Shown: positions 63,832-64,000 of the stretch, piece after piece
Numbering within the stretch: position 1 is the stretch's first letter
Layout: each line of letters starts with the position of its first letter
Source: Microcoleaceae cyanobacterium
GTDB lineage: Bacteria; Cyanobacteriota; Cyanobacteriia; Cyanobacteriales; Microcoleaceae
Reading direction: 5' to 3'
DNA length: 64,000 nucleotides
Assembly: GCA_051652765.1 (NCBI GenBank)
Contig: JBOFUV010000008.1
Location: 9,643 to 73,642, forward strand
Notes under the pieces: model-generated
Told to the model about the DNA's origin: nothing
What the model saw: only the letters and a program-made list of their open reading frames with translations
The model's database searches: none
Position numbers and translations under genes: made by a program

Positions 63832-64000
63832 ATGAAAAACGCACAACAAACCCTCTCCCTCATTGCTTTGTCTGCTCTCTCTACTTTCGGGGTTGCTAAC
63901 GCTGCTGATGCTGCTAATATCGGTTTCCGGATGAATCAAGGTGAAGCCTACGGTACAAATGGCAAAATGGGCATCGCCACTCAAGTCGAAAACACTGCAA
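63832..64000 (+). CDS. 3'-truncated secreted protein (not in the ORF track)
   Basis: AAGGA RBS; MKNAQQTLSLIALSALSTFGVANAADA-ANIGF signal peptide; open to the window end. Confidence 0.7.
   Translation, partial: MKNAQQTLSLIALSALSTFGVANAADAANIGFRMNQGEAYGTNGKMGIATQVENTA

Noticed and set aside
63733..63984. Minus-strand 83-aa ORF
   Set aside because: Shadow of the plus-strand signal-peptide ORF starting at 63832

Overview
Chromosomal window from a cyanobacterium (frequent HIP1 GCGATCGC sites, gifA with an NtcA box, split atpD-atpC pair, cyanobacterial-type short repeats). Housekeeping genes include tgt, pgk, ylqF, atpD/atpC, cbiT, a tRNA nucleotidyltransferase, rsmB, pyk, ldh and trpF. They are interleaved with five accessory blocks. 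(1) A TetR regulator fused to a degenerate tyrosine-recombinase-like domain lies divergent from a delta-9-type desaturase; a 15-bp palindrome occurs twice in the shared promoter and again upstream of block 2. (2) A mycosporine (probably shinorine) cluster, mysABC plus a C-A(Ser)-T-TE NRPS, is followed by a convergent stand-alone LeuA-like barrel. (3) A decayed type III restriction-modification islet still carries Uma2 and toxin-antitoxin genes. (4) An orphan SLATT 2TM gene is bracketed by REP-like palindromes next to a 14-bp tandem array. (5) Five TPR-fused glycan-modifying enzymes lie divergent from a GT2-GT2-GT4 fusion. Short 12-17 bp tandem duplications and MITE-like elements are scattered throughout. 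I saw no rRNA, tRNA or CRISPR array. All calls come from motif recognition by eye; no database searches were run.
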